Below, in pieces: positions 1 through 10,400 of a stretch of DNA of 26,459 nucleotides. Position 1 is the first letter of the stretch; each line of letters begins with the position of its first letter. The notes beneath the pieces were generated by a model. It had not been told where the DNA came from and made no database searches. It saw nothing but the letters and a program-made list of their open reading frames with translations. This DNA comes from a virus (Duplodnaviria > Caudoviricetes). Location of the stretch: the IMG/VR virus record IMGVR_UViG_3300046534_000199, positions 1 to 26,459 of that record; one strand, 5' to 3'. The translations under genes and the position numbers were made by a program.

Positions 1-240
1 GAAGACGGAGACTATTTCTTACGTTCAGACTTTTTGCCAAATAGAATGTTTCGATATGACGGCGCACGTTGGGTTAAAGTACAAGATGATATTAGAATGT
101 CACTAAGTAATACACTTGAGAGACAAACACAGAAGTCTAGCTTTATTAACAATACTAAAACTAGTCAAATTGACGGCGAGACTGTTACAGAGAGACAAAG
201 TCTTTCTAAAGCACTTAAACCAAAAGCGGATAATACATAA
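1..240 (+). CDS. C-terminal part of a probable neck/head-completion protein (gp14-like by position); 5' truncated by the window
   Basis: Frame is open from base 1 (EDGDYFLRSDFLPNRMFRYDGARWVKVQD...), so the listed start at 34 is not the true start. TAA overlaps the ATG of the gp15-like gene (TAATG). Function is inferred from T4 gene 14-15 order only. Confidence 0.5.
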   Translation, partial: EDGDYFLRSDFLPNRMFRYDGARWVKVQDDIRMSLSNTLERQTQKSSFINNTKTSQIDGETVTERQSLSKALKPKADNT

Positions 241-1652
241 TGCAGCATTTTTACGATGGACAAATAAGACGATACCTTACCCAGATGATGCGCATATTAG
301 CAAACTTTCCTGTACAAGACGGAAAAGGTGTGCAGAAAGAGGTGCCTGTTACTTACGGTGATTTGTCTCGTCAAGTAGCAAACATTATTAAAGAGAATAG
401 CGAAAACAAATTACCTAGTGCGCCGCGAATTGCAGTGTACTTAACAGGTTTAGAACTAGACAAAGATAGACTAACTGATTCTACATACACCCGTAAAACT
501 AATATTAGAGAACGTGCATACGATACGGATGCAGGAGAGTATTTAAATTCTCAAGGCAAGAACTATACAGTTGAACGATTAATTCCTACTCCGTATATGA
601 TGCGATTAAATGCAGACATATGGACATCAAACACTGATCAAAAATTGCAGTTATTAGAGCAAATACTTGTATTGTTTAATCCAAGTTTAGAAATGCAAAC
701 TACTGATAACTTTATCGACTGGACTAGTATTAGTGTTGTTAATTTAGAAAATGTAACTTGGTCAAATAGAAGTGTGCCAGTTGGTATAGACAGTGAAATA
801 GATATTTGTACACTTACGTTTAGTATTCCTATATATGTTAGTCCCCCAACTAAAGTGCGCAAAATGGGTGTTATTACTAATATTATTACAAGCATGTTTG
901 ACGAGAAGTTAGGCACTATTGAAGATGGTGTAAGTAAGCCTGTACTAAATGCGTATGATGATGTGCCAAGAGCAGGAGTTACTCAAGGCGAGTTTGGCAG
1001 AACAGCAGTCTCCGACACAACTGCGCAAATGGCTAATGTTAATTATGCTACGTGGGGGGCGTTTGTAGACGGTGACTCTGTACAATTGTTCTCAAATGGC
1101 ATGGTTGGTAATAAAAACTGGAGAGAAATCTTCGAAGCATTGCCAGGTATGTATGCAGCTGACGTAAGTCGCGTATACTTTACTAGCCAAGATAATGCAA
1201 GTACAATCACAGGCACATTTACACTAAGTCCGTTTGACGAAGCTAAAATACTCGTTAATTGGGATACTGATAGTTTTCCAAGTGACACTGTCATTAGCGG
1301 ACGTACTAGTATTGACTATATTATAGATCCAACTAATTACAACCCTAGTGCTATTAAAACAGGCGGTGTACGTTTGTTGTTGCTGAACGATGTCGGTGAT
1401 GCTACTGCTACTCAATCACCAGTTGCGTGGCAAAACACAGATACAAGTGCATTAGTTGCAAGCGCAAACGATATTATTGAATGGAATGGTTCTAAGTGGA
1501 ATATTGTATTTGACGCAAGTGCTGCAACAGAAGTTACATATACTACTAATTTAAATACAAGTGTGCAGTACAGATTTAAGAACAATGAATGGCTATTAAG
1601 TATTGATGGCGATTATCCAGTTGGCACGTGGAGAGTTGAACTAGCAGGCTAA
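240..1652 (+). CDS. T4 gp15-like tail terminator / sheath stabiliser with C-terminal extension
   Basis: N-terminal HFYDGQIRRY, PRIAVYLTGLELD and PTPYMMRLNADIWTSNTDQKLQLLEQILVLFNP resemble conserved T4 gp15 blocks (YFYNSSFRRY, LPRINL, QIVEQILPYFQP). Confidence 0.75.
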   Translation: MQHFYDGQIRRYLTQMMRILANFPVQDGKGVQKEVPVTYGDLSRQVANIIKENSENKLPSAPRIAVYLTGLELDKDRLTDSTYTRKTNIRERAYDTDAGEYLNSQGKNYTVERLIPTPYMMRLNADIWTSNTDQKLQLLEQILVLFNPSLEMQTTDNFIDWTSISVVNLENVTWSNRSVPVGIDSEIDICTLTFSIPIYVSPPTKVRKMGVITNIITSMFDEKLGTIEDGVSKPVLNAYDDVPRAGVTQGEFGRTAVSDTTAQMANVNYATWGAFVDGDSVQLFSNGMVGNKNWREIFEALPGMYAADVSRVYFTSQDNASTITGTFTLSPFDEAKILVNWDTDSFPSDTVISGRTSIDYIIDPTNYNPSAIKTGGVRLLLLNDVGDATATQSPVAWQNTDTSALVASANDIIEWNGSKWNIVFDASAATEVTYTTNLNTSVQYRFKNNEWLLSIDGDYPVGTWRVELAG

Positions 1653-1660
1653 TTATATGT

Positions 1661-2101
1661 ATGAACAATCGTATTACATGTAGCGGTGCGCTATTTTACA
1701 CCTTAGATACAAATAGATTTTTATTCCTTCACAGAGCGCAAGGTAAGCGTAATAATCTGTGGGGACTTGTTGGTGGTACTAACGAAGGTGCCGAAACTCC
1801 GTGGGAAGGTCTTACTCGAGAAATTGAAGAAGAAATTGGATTTGTTCCAGAAATTAAAAAGACACTTCCGTTAGAAAGTTTTATATCTCCTGATAGTAGA
1901 TTTTATTTCCATACTTATTTGTGTGTAGTACAAGAAGAATTTATTCCTAACCTCAATAATGAACATAACGGCTATGCTTGGTGTAGTTTTAGTAAATGGC
2001 CTAAGCCATTACATCACGGATTGCGCAACACACTTCAAAGTAAAGTTAACTTAACTAAGTTAGAAACTGTTTTTCAAACAATCAATTTACTTGACAAATA
2101 A
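1661..2101 (+). CDS. Nudix hydrolase
   Basis: Complete Nudix box Gx5Ex7REUxEExG: GTNEGAETPWEGLTREIEEEIG. Confidence 0.9.
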   Translation: MNNRITCSGALFYTLDTNRFLFLHRAQGKRNNLWGLVGGTNEGAETPWEGLTREIEEEIGFVPEIKKTLPLESFISPDSRFYFHTYLCVVQEEFIPNLNNEHNGYAWCSFSKWPKPLHHGLRNTLQSKVNLTKLETVFQTINLLDK

Positions 2102-2119
2102 CCTAAAAGATAGTATAAT
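2091..2119 (+). promoter_or_regulatory. Consensus sigma70-type promoter for hldE-hldD-cupin
   Basis: TTGACA (2091-2096), 17-nt spacer, TATAAT (2114-2119); ATG 6 nt downstream at 2126. Confidence 0.85.
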
Positions 2120-2125
2120 AACATT

Positions 2126-3265
2126 ATGAAAGTATTAGTTCTCGGCGATGTAATAATCGACAAATATATCTATGGCACATCAGAACGTTTAAGTCCTGAG
2201 GCGCCTGTGCCTGTGGTTAAGTACCAGCGTGAAGTTGAAACACTCGGCGGCGCTGGGCTTGTTTACGAAAACTTAAAAAGCCTAGGTGTCGACGTAACAC
2301 TATTTGAAACTGAACAGCCTAGTAGCATTAAAACTAGAGTAATTTGTGACGGACATTATGTTACACGCATTGACGATGATAAACATGCAGACAGTACAGC
2401 AGTACTAGAAACTATAGAGTTGCATGACTTTTCAGAATACAAGTATGTTATATTAAGTGATTATAATAAAGGTGTGTTAGACGAGTCGCTTGAAATTATC
2501 GAACACATTAACAAATTTAATTGTAAAATAATTGTAGATCCTAAAGAACATGCAAATCAGTATAAGGACGCATGGCTAGTAAAGCCCAACTACAAAGAGT
2601 TTGACGAGTTTGGATTTACGTTTTGGCAAAGTAATATTATTACAACTAAAGCCGGGGACAATGTTGTTGCTACAATAGATAATGTAGATTACAATATTCC
2701 AGTTGAATCTGTAGAAGTATCAGATGTTACAGGAGCAGGAGATTGTTTCTTGGCCGCATTTGTATACGGATTAACAAAGCAATACAATCATAAGAAGTGT
2801 TTAGAACTTGCCGTTAAAGGTTCTAGGGAAGCAGTTAAGCACGTAGGCACACACACGCTTACTATAAGCGATATAGAAGAACGCATAGTGTTTACTAACG
2901 GAGTCTTTGACATACTACACACAGGACATTTTGAGCTACTAGCTGAAGCAAAATCGCTTGGCGATAAACTAGTTGTAGGTATTAATAGTGACGCAAGTGT
3001 AAAGCGTCTTAAGGGTGAAGACCGGCCTATTAATGATGCTGTAAAGCGTATTAGACAATTAGAAATATTGCCTTGGGTTGATAGAGTTGTATTGTTTAGT
3101 GACGATACACCATACGAATTAATTAAAAAATTAAAGCCGCACGTTATTGTAAAGGGCGGTGATTACACAGTAGAACAAGTTGTAGGACACGATTTGGCTG
3201 AGGTGCATCTTGTGCCTACAGTTGAAGGATATTCAACAACACAGATTATAGAGGCAAGCAAATGA
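2126..3265 (+). CDS. hldE: Bifunctional heptose-7-phosphate kinase / heptose-1-phosphate adenylyltransferase (HldE/RfaE), compact form
   Basis: PfkB-type kinase motifs RLSPEAPVPVV, LSDYNKGVL, VDPK, KPN, DVTGAGD, then nucleotidyltransferase motifs FTNGVFDILHTGH, GINSDASVKRLKG..RP, KGGDY, STT. Confidence 0.92.
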   Translation: MKVLVLGDVIIDKYIYGTSERLSPEAPVPVVKYQREVETLGGAGLVYENLKSLGVDVTLFETEQPSSIKTRVICDGHYVTRIDDDKHADSTAVLETIELHDFSEYKYVILSDYNKGVLDESLEIIEHINKFNCKIIVDPKEHANQYKDAWLVKPNYKEFDEFGFTFWQSNIITTKAGDNVVATIDNVDYNIPVESVEVSDVTGAGDCFLAAFVYGLTKQYNHKKCLELAVKGSREAVKHVGTHTLTISDIEERIVFTNGVFDILHTGHFELLAEAKSLGDKLVVGINSDASVKRLKGEDRPINDAVKRIRQLEILPWVDRVVLFSDDTPYELIKKLKPHVIVKGGDYTVEQVVGHDLAEVHLVPTVEGYSTTQIIEASK

Positions 3266-4083
3266 AAATATTAGTCACAGGAAACAACGGCTTTATTGGT
3301 AAAAATATTTCACATTACTTACAAAGTAAAGGTCACGAAGTAGAAGGATGGGAATGGCAACCTGGTGTACTTCCTAGTACAGAAGACTTTGACTGGTGTA
3401 TACACACTGGTGCAATTAGTAGTACAACATACACTGATGTAGATCAAATACTAGAGCAAAACTTTGAGTTTACTGTTAGGCTTGCACAGATATGCGAAAA
3501 CTTTGGTACTAATTTACAATACGCATCAAGTGCAAGTGTATACGGTCCTACTACGCATTTTACAGAAGATGGCAAGTTACTTCCAGTAAGTCCTTATGCA
3601 TGGTCAAAGTATTTGTTTGACAGATTCTTAAATCAGTATCTTGAAGAGTTTCAAATTAAAATACAAGGCTTCCGTTACTTTAACGTATACGGGCCTGGGG
3701 AAGAAAATAAAGGCGATCAAGCAAGTCCTTATACTAAGTTTACTAAGCAAGCAAAAGAAGATGGTGTTATAACACTGTTTGAAGATAGCGAAAATTTTAA
3801 AAGAGACTTTGTTTGTGTCGAAGACATTTGTCGCGCACACGAACTTATGTTTGATTCGGAATCAACTGGAATATTCAATATTGGTACTGGCACAGCTACT
3901 AGTTTTGAAACAGTAGCAAACGCAATTGCTACAAAGCATAACGCTGCTATAAATTATATTCCAATACCTGAAAATATAAAGGCACAATACCAAAAGTATA
4001 CTTGTGCAAACTTAACTAAACTTAACAATGCAATAGATATGCAATGGACATCAATAGAGGATTATATCAATGGAACCAACTAG
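3262..4083 (+). CDS. hldD: ADP-L-glycero-D-manno-heptose 6-epimerase (HldD/RfaD-like SDR)
   Basis: ILVTGNNGFIG Rossmann motif, YASSASVYG, YAWSK (YxxxK), FRYFNVYGPGEENKG as in HldD; ATGA overlap with hldE. Confidence 0.85.
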   Translation: MKILVTGNNGFIGKNISHYLQSKGHEVEGWEWQPGVLPSTEDFDWCIHTGAISSTTYTDVDQILEQNFEFTVRLAQICENFGTNLQYASSASVYGPTTHFTEDGKLLPVSPYAWSKYLFDRFLNQYLEEFQIKIQGFRYFNVYGPGEENKGDQASPYTKFTKQAKEDGVITLFEDSENFKRDFVCVEDICRAHELMFDSESTGIFNIGTGTATSFETVANAIATKHNAAINYIPIPENIKAQYQKYTCANLTKLNNAIDMQWTSIEDYINGTN

Positions 4084-4468
4084 ATTACAAGGCGTTGTAC
4101 AAAAAGGGTGGGGCTACGAATTAATTTGGGCTACTAATGACAAGTACTGCGGTAAAATTATGTTCTTTGAACAAGAAAACGCAATGTTTTCAATGCATTT
4201 TCATAAAGAAAAAGATGAAACATGGTTTGTAAATACTGGACGATTTAAAGTACAATGGATTGATACTACTAATGCTGCGTTATATGAAAAAGAATTAAAA
4301 GAAGGCGATGTTTGGCATAACCCACCTTTGCAACCGCATAGACTAGTTTGCTTACAAGCAGGCTCAAGTATCACTGAAGTTAGTACAGCAGACAGTGTTG
4401 AGGATAATTATCGCGTTGCGCCTGGAGACAGTCAAAGGTTATCTTCTGAACAGCCCCCAACTGTCTAA
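4070..4468 (+). CDS. Cupin-domain protein, putative sugar(-phosphate) isomerase
   Basis: KGWGYELIW, SMHFHKEKDETW (HxH..E) and downstream PHRL cupin motifs; overlaps the hldD end by 14 nt. Confidence 0.7.
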   Translation: MEPTRLQGVVQKGWGYELIWATNDKYCGKIMFFEQENAMFSMHFHKEKDETWFVNTGRFKVQWIDTTNAALYEKELKEGDVWHNPPLQPHRLVCLQAGSSITEVSTADSVEDNYRVAPGDSQRLSSEQPPTV

Positions 4469-4475
4469 CAGCGTA

Positions 4476-7400
4476 TTAAGCTTGCGCTTCGCCCCACCTA
4501 ATAATAATATTTGCATCAATAGCTGATCCAGAAACTTTATAAACATTAATAGCAAGTACATCAGGTCCATTTGGATATGTTCCTCTGCCACCTAATGGTG
4601 TATTAGTAAGCTCTTTAAGATCGTTAAGATCTAGTGTTGAACGCTCACCCGGTACAGCAATGAATGAGAAGATAGTCTCACCTGGTTGTGCAAACGGTGG
4701 TTGTACAAATTCAAGTGCTAGTGTACCTGAGGTAGCTTGTAATGTACCAGTGAATGCATTGTTAAACGTTACTTCGTAATAGTCAGTGCCGGCGTAGGAC
4801 AGTAATGTAACAGAGTTAATTTGAGTGTTTGCTGGAACTGTTATGCCATTGTTGCCACCGGTAACAGTAGTACCAATTTTTCCAGCTGATGCGTCAAACG
4901 ATGCTACAGTAAAGTATCCGTAGTTTCTGTTTGTGCCTTCAACATTAAATGGTATAGTATATGCATCTACCGTGTTACTTGACAGGCCGTTTGCCCGGTT
5001 GCTTAGTCTAAAATACCCGTAGTTACCACTATTGTCTATATAGCCGTCTGTAATAGTAGTGTTGCTTGGAATGCCTGAGCCAGTAATTGGTTTACCTAAT
5101 ACTAAGCCGATATCACGTTCTCCAAATACAGCCGCAAAATCATTAGCACTTACGCTAATGTATCGATTATTATTACCCCAGTTGTTTTGGCCACTGTTTA
5201 TTACGCCTGTTATATTTGGTACTGAAGTTATATTAGCTGTTGTTGCTGCTGCGCCTGTACTCCACGTAACACCACCGCCGGAAGCAATTTGTGCAAAGCT
5301 AGGTTGTCCACCTTGAGCAACCCCGCTTAGACCTGACCAACCAACGTCATTTGGGTTGGTTGGATAGTTTTGAGGATTAAGCACTCCTTCAATAACAATG
5401 CCGCCTGCGCCTGTTTCAGATGTAACTTCTAATCCTGTTAACAATAACTGTGCTCTGTTTAATAGTTCTCTTGTTCCTAAATCTCCAATAAGTGCGTTTG
5501 ATACACTAGGAGCCAATCTAATCATAAATGCTGTTTGTTTAGTTGTAGTAACTTCAACAGCAGTTTCTGCGTATGAGAAAATGTAACCACGATCTGAGTC
5601 AAAGCCGCCATCTGTAATAAACGCACTACCCCAGTGACTAATTAACGGAGTAATTGTTTGTGATATTAATATTACTCCTGTTCTATCAGCGTGTGTAGCA
5701 GCTACGGCTGCTGTATAACTTCTATTTGCGCCAGCTTGGAAGTTTGTAAATGTTGCACCTCTAGTTAGTCCTGTTAGTGTGTTATCTGTTCTTCCAGTAA
5801 ACGTTATAATTTCGTTGTCAATGTAAATAGTACCAGCATATGGAAAGAAACTTCCGTCAAACAATTTAAGAGTAGTTTGACTATTAGTCATACCTGCTGC
5901 TAACTTCCCGCTTGGACCTTCGTTAGTAACTTCATAGCGTACAGGTAAGTTACCTGAGCGCATAAATGCTTCTGTGTTTATGTTTGAGTTACGCATTCTG
6001 TGTGCAAATACAAAGTTGCCGTTTGCGCCACGTAGCATGAAGTCAATAAAACCAGCACCATACCAACTGTACTGAATACCAATCATTTGCATTTTAGCAA
6101 TATCAATATCGTATCCACTTGGGCCTGTGCCGTCTAGCCTATCTAAGTTAAAGTCTTTTTGCTTTACTTTTTTATCAGCTACTAAGTTAATCTTTGCACC
6201 TGTAATGTTTACTACGCCGCGCCAGTCCGGAGTAACTGTCATGCCAGTTTGACTATTAACATGCGATACAACATGTGTCATACCTTTAATAACAACTCTA
6301 TCGCCAGCTTTTAGTTGATCTTGGAAACGTGTGTTTGTTCCTACAATTAAGTTATTATCAACAGTTAATGCAATTGTTCCTGCAAGCTGTCTTGTACCAG
6401 TACGCTGATTAACACTAACGTTAGTGCCATCGAATTCCCAGAAGATACCGTTTTGATCATCAAAGATACCTGAACGTACAGTAGCACCGTGCCAAGCTAC
6501 AACACTCATTTGTGAGCCAAATCCTAGTACAGCAGTTGTTGCTCCTAGTCTACGTACTGCGCGAACTTTAAATGTGCGCTCGTCTACTACTTCCTCTACA
6601 GTATAATCAAACTTTGGAGGAACAGCAGTTTGTTCGCCACTATTAAATCCTGGTGTCTCTACACCTATAAGTCTAACTATGCCACCTGGTTGTACGCCAT
6701 GATCGTTGTCATCTGTTACAATAGTAATTAACGAGTTAACTTCAACACCGTCTGCTGTAATACTGCGTATATCGTAACTTGGAGCAAACAATGCACCAGT
6801 TGTATACATAATACCTTTACCAGACTGATATCTAATATATTTTTTACTTTGACGTATTGCTTGTGCGCCGTGTTGTGGTCCGCCCGTTCCTAACATAACA
6901 CCGCCATCAAATGGCCTGTGTACAAAGAAGCTATCTGGTCTTGGATATACTGCGCCTTGTATTACGTTGCTAGAAGTATCAATTGCTCCAACTGCTCTTG
7001 CTTGGAATCTTAAACTATTTACTGTAGGTATATTTGTAGCAATGTACGATCCTGCTGTTAAGTTGTGATTGTTGCCGGCAGCATCTGATGTAATAGTAGT
7101 AATAAATGAAGCTCCGGGTACTAATCCGTGTGCATTATCAAACGTAGCATCAATAATTGCAATAGCACTAAACGTAATACTTTGATTAATTGATATAGGT
7201 GCTGTTGTAGCTTCTGTCATAGTTATTGTTGATATTAAATCAAGGTTGGTGCCATAATTAGCTATTGCTGCATTGGGGGTTGTTCCCCCAATAGCGCCGG
7301 TGCCGGCATTAATATTTGATACAGTTAATACTATATCATTTGCAGGTGATGCGCCATCAAATGCTGTTCCTGGAAGAATAATTCTGTCGCCGAGTGCGTA

Positions 7401-10400
7401 GCCTGTGCCTAGAGCACTAGGTGTAACTGAATCATAAGATGTAAAGTTTTTGTTAATTTCAAATGTTGCGCCTGCACCTAAGATTGGCATGTTACTCGGA
7501 GATACTGCTGTGTATGGGCCGCCTGCTGTTGCTGCTGTGCCTGAGCTTGAAATGCCAGTAATTACACCAGTTGTTACAGCATCAATAGCAGTAACATTAA
7601 TAGTAAGGTTGTTTGCAGGACTTGTACCCGACAGCACCACGCCGCCTACTGTTAATACTTGTCCAGCTCCATAGAAAGTACCGCCTGTATTTATAGATGT
7701 TGTGTAACCACTGCCCGAGATTGCAATATCAAAAGTTGCACCTGTACCAACTTTGTTTGCTGATACTACGGCGTAGTTGCTACCAGTTGTTGTACCAGAA
7801 CCAGTTGCTGTGATAGCAGTAATATCTCCTGTTCCTCCAACGTTATCAATTGTAATCGTTAAATCATTTGCTGGAGTTGCGCCACCTAGTGAAGTACCTA
7901 GTATTACAAATGTCTCAGTAGGCTGATAATCACCGCCTGCTTGGGTAATTGATACAGCATAGTTACCGTTTGAAGCAGCAATGCCAAACACTGCTGATGT
8001 ACCAGATGATCCAGCATATGTTCCAAGTCCTATTATTGATGTTGAAAAGCTAAGATTTACAAAAGGCGGAGTACCAGTAGCTGTTGATCCAGTTATTGCT
8101 CCACTTCCATCAACAGTATCAACAACAATATATAAATCATTAGCTGGTGATGTGCCTCCTATATCAGAACCTAGTATTTCAACCAAGTCAGCTACTACAA
8201 AACTTGCTGACGCATCAGTTGTGTCTAAACCAACACCAGTAATCGATATTGATGCAATAGCATCAGATGCGCCAACAGTGTCAATTGTTATTGTTGCATT
8301 ATTTCCTGGTGTTACACCACCTAAGTTTTCACCTAGTATTGTAAATGTTTCATTCACTACAAAGTCTTGACCTGCTGTTGTAATAGTTGCAGTATATGCA
8401 GTTCCTGTTTTGGTTACAGCAAATTTTGCTCCGAAGCCTACGCTACCGGCATATGACATTGTTGGTGATGCAAATACAACTGTTCCAGATGATTGGGTAA
8501 CTGAAGTATATGATCCTGCTGTGTACGCTAAGTCCCAACGTGCTCCAGTACCTGTGGGTGTATATGATCCTGGTATGCCAGTTAATGATAATGCGCCGTC
8601 CCAATGTACACCTGCGTGTGTTACAGTAAGTATTCCGCCATTAGCTGCAACAGAGGCTACAGTTATAACTATATCGTTAGTGACTGACAGGCCACCTAAA
8701 GTTATGCCGTCTAGTTTAAGTCTATCACCTATTTTATAAAGCGTGCCTGCTGCATTTACTGCAACAGTGTATGTGCGTCCTGCGTTCCCGTCGAGCGCAA
8801 TATTAAATGTTGCATTGATACCGTTGTTAGTGTCGTTTGTCCCGCCGATGCCCGGATATGTCTTTTTGTTTGGTACTATAGCTGCTGTAAATGCATCTGT
8901 AACATCAATATAAGTTGCTGTTACGTTATTAATATAAGTTGCAGTGCCATCGCCTTTGTCTAGGGCTAAGTTAGGGACTATACCAGTAGTGTCTTCAAGA
9001 TACACTCGAGTTCCTGCAATAGCAGTGTTATCAGTTACTATTGGAGTTAAGTAGGTGCCGCCGCCTGCACTAGTATCAATAATACTAGTTACCTGCGAGC
9101 CTGTTGGTATAGCTGCGTTAGTAAGTGGAGAACCAATTTCTGGGGCGCCCCCATCAAATGGTATAATTGTTTCGCCAGTTGCTATTCCTAATTGAGTAGT
9201 TATTGTTCCTGAGCTACCATTACTTACAACTGTAAATGTTGGATTACCAATTGTTGCTCCTGTGTAAAAACCAGCTTGTCTTAACTGTGTATATGTTGTA
9301 GATAATGTTGTTGGATTAACTGTACCAACTTTAGATTTTGCATAAAAAGTAAAGGTACTAGTTGTTGGGATTTCTACAATAACAAAGCTACCCTCGGCTC
9401 TTGCTGCACCATTAACACTATCTTCAAGTGCTTTAATAGTAATAGGAGTGCCTGCTGTAAAGCCATGTGGCCCTACTGTTGTAACAGTAATTAATGATTG
9501 ACCAATGCCGTCGGTGCCTGCTGATGCGTCAGTTACTACGCTAACTACTTGAGTGTCAGTGCCTGGTACTTCGTATACACTTGGATATCCTCTAAGTGTT
9601 GCTATAGCTGCCCACTTAGTAGGCTGCAAGCCGTACTCAAAGTCAGCATCAAGCATTGATAATGGATTTGCTGCACGTGGACGTTCAATGGCATCTGTAC
9701 CAAAGTCGTATGGTCTAGTAGTTACAACACTCTTTCCGTTTTCAATTTGTTCTACAAAAAGTTGTATGTCATCTGTACTGCTATGTGCGCTAGTATTATA
9801 ATTTAATTTAATAGTAGTTATGCCGTCAGTAATTTGTAAAAATTTAGCAAAGTCTGGATCTTCAGTAACACTGTTAGTACTAATGGTTACTACGCCACCA
9901 GTAGTAATACTAGTAAAGTTATATATTACTTCACTTTTAGTACTATTAGTAATCAGCAGTATTTCGTCAATACTGTACTTGCCTTGGAACTTAACCGAAC
10001 CAACACCTTCATTTACAAGCTTAGGCAGTGATAGTAAACCGTTTTGTATAGTGTCTACTGTGTTGAACGCTAGTGTGTTAATTTTTGCTGCTGGTCCAGA
10101 TGTTACTGAATTTGTTACAGCACTTGAAAATGTATGTAATGATGTATCTGAACTGATGCCTACACTAGCAGTTACAGTAGTACTAGTTACCGATGTAATA
10201 GTAATTGGTGCGTAATAATACGGGTCTTTGCCTTTGGTGTTTGGGACACCTGATGCTCTTGGATACGGATGTAGCGTTGCGTTGCCATCAAGAGCACAAG
10301 TAAATGTTATGCCTGCAGGAGCAATATGTATTTCGTCTCCTACTTGAAGCGTATGACTGCCAATTGTTATTGTCATTTTTCCAGTAGTAGGAATGTATGT

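Noticed and set aside
1650-1655. TAATTA before the Nudix gene (also before the carbamoyltransferase) as a late-promoter variant
   Set aside because: Short AT-rich word overlapping or abutting stop codons; not distinguishable from chance here.
4469-4490. Terminator between the convergent cupin and 2223-aa genes
   Set aside because: Only 7 nt separate the stops, and the sole hairpin (AAGC-TTGC-GCTT) is too weak with no U tract.
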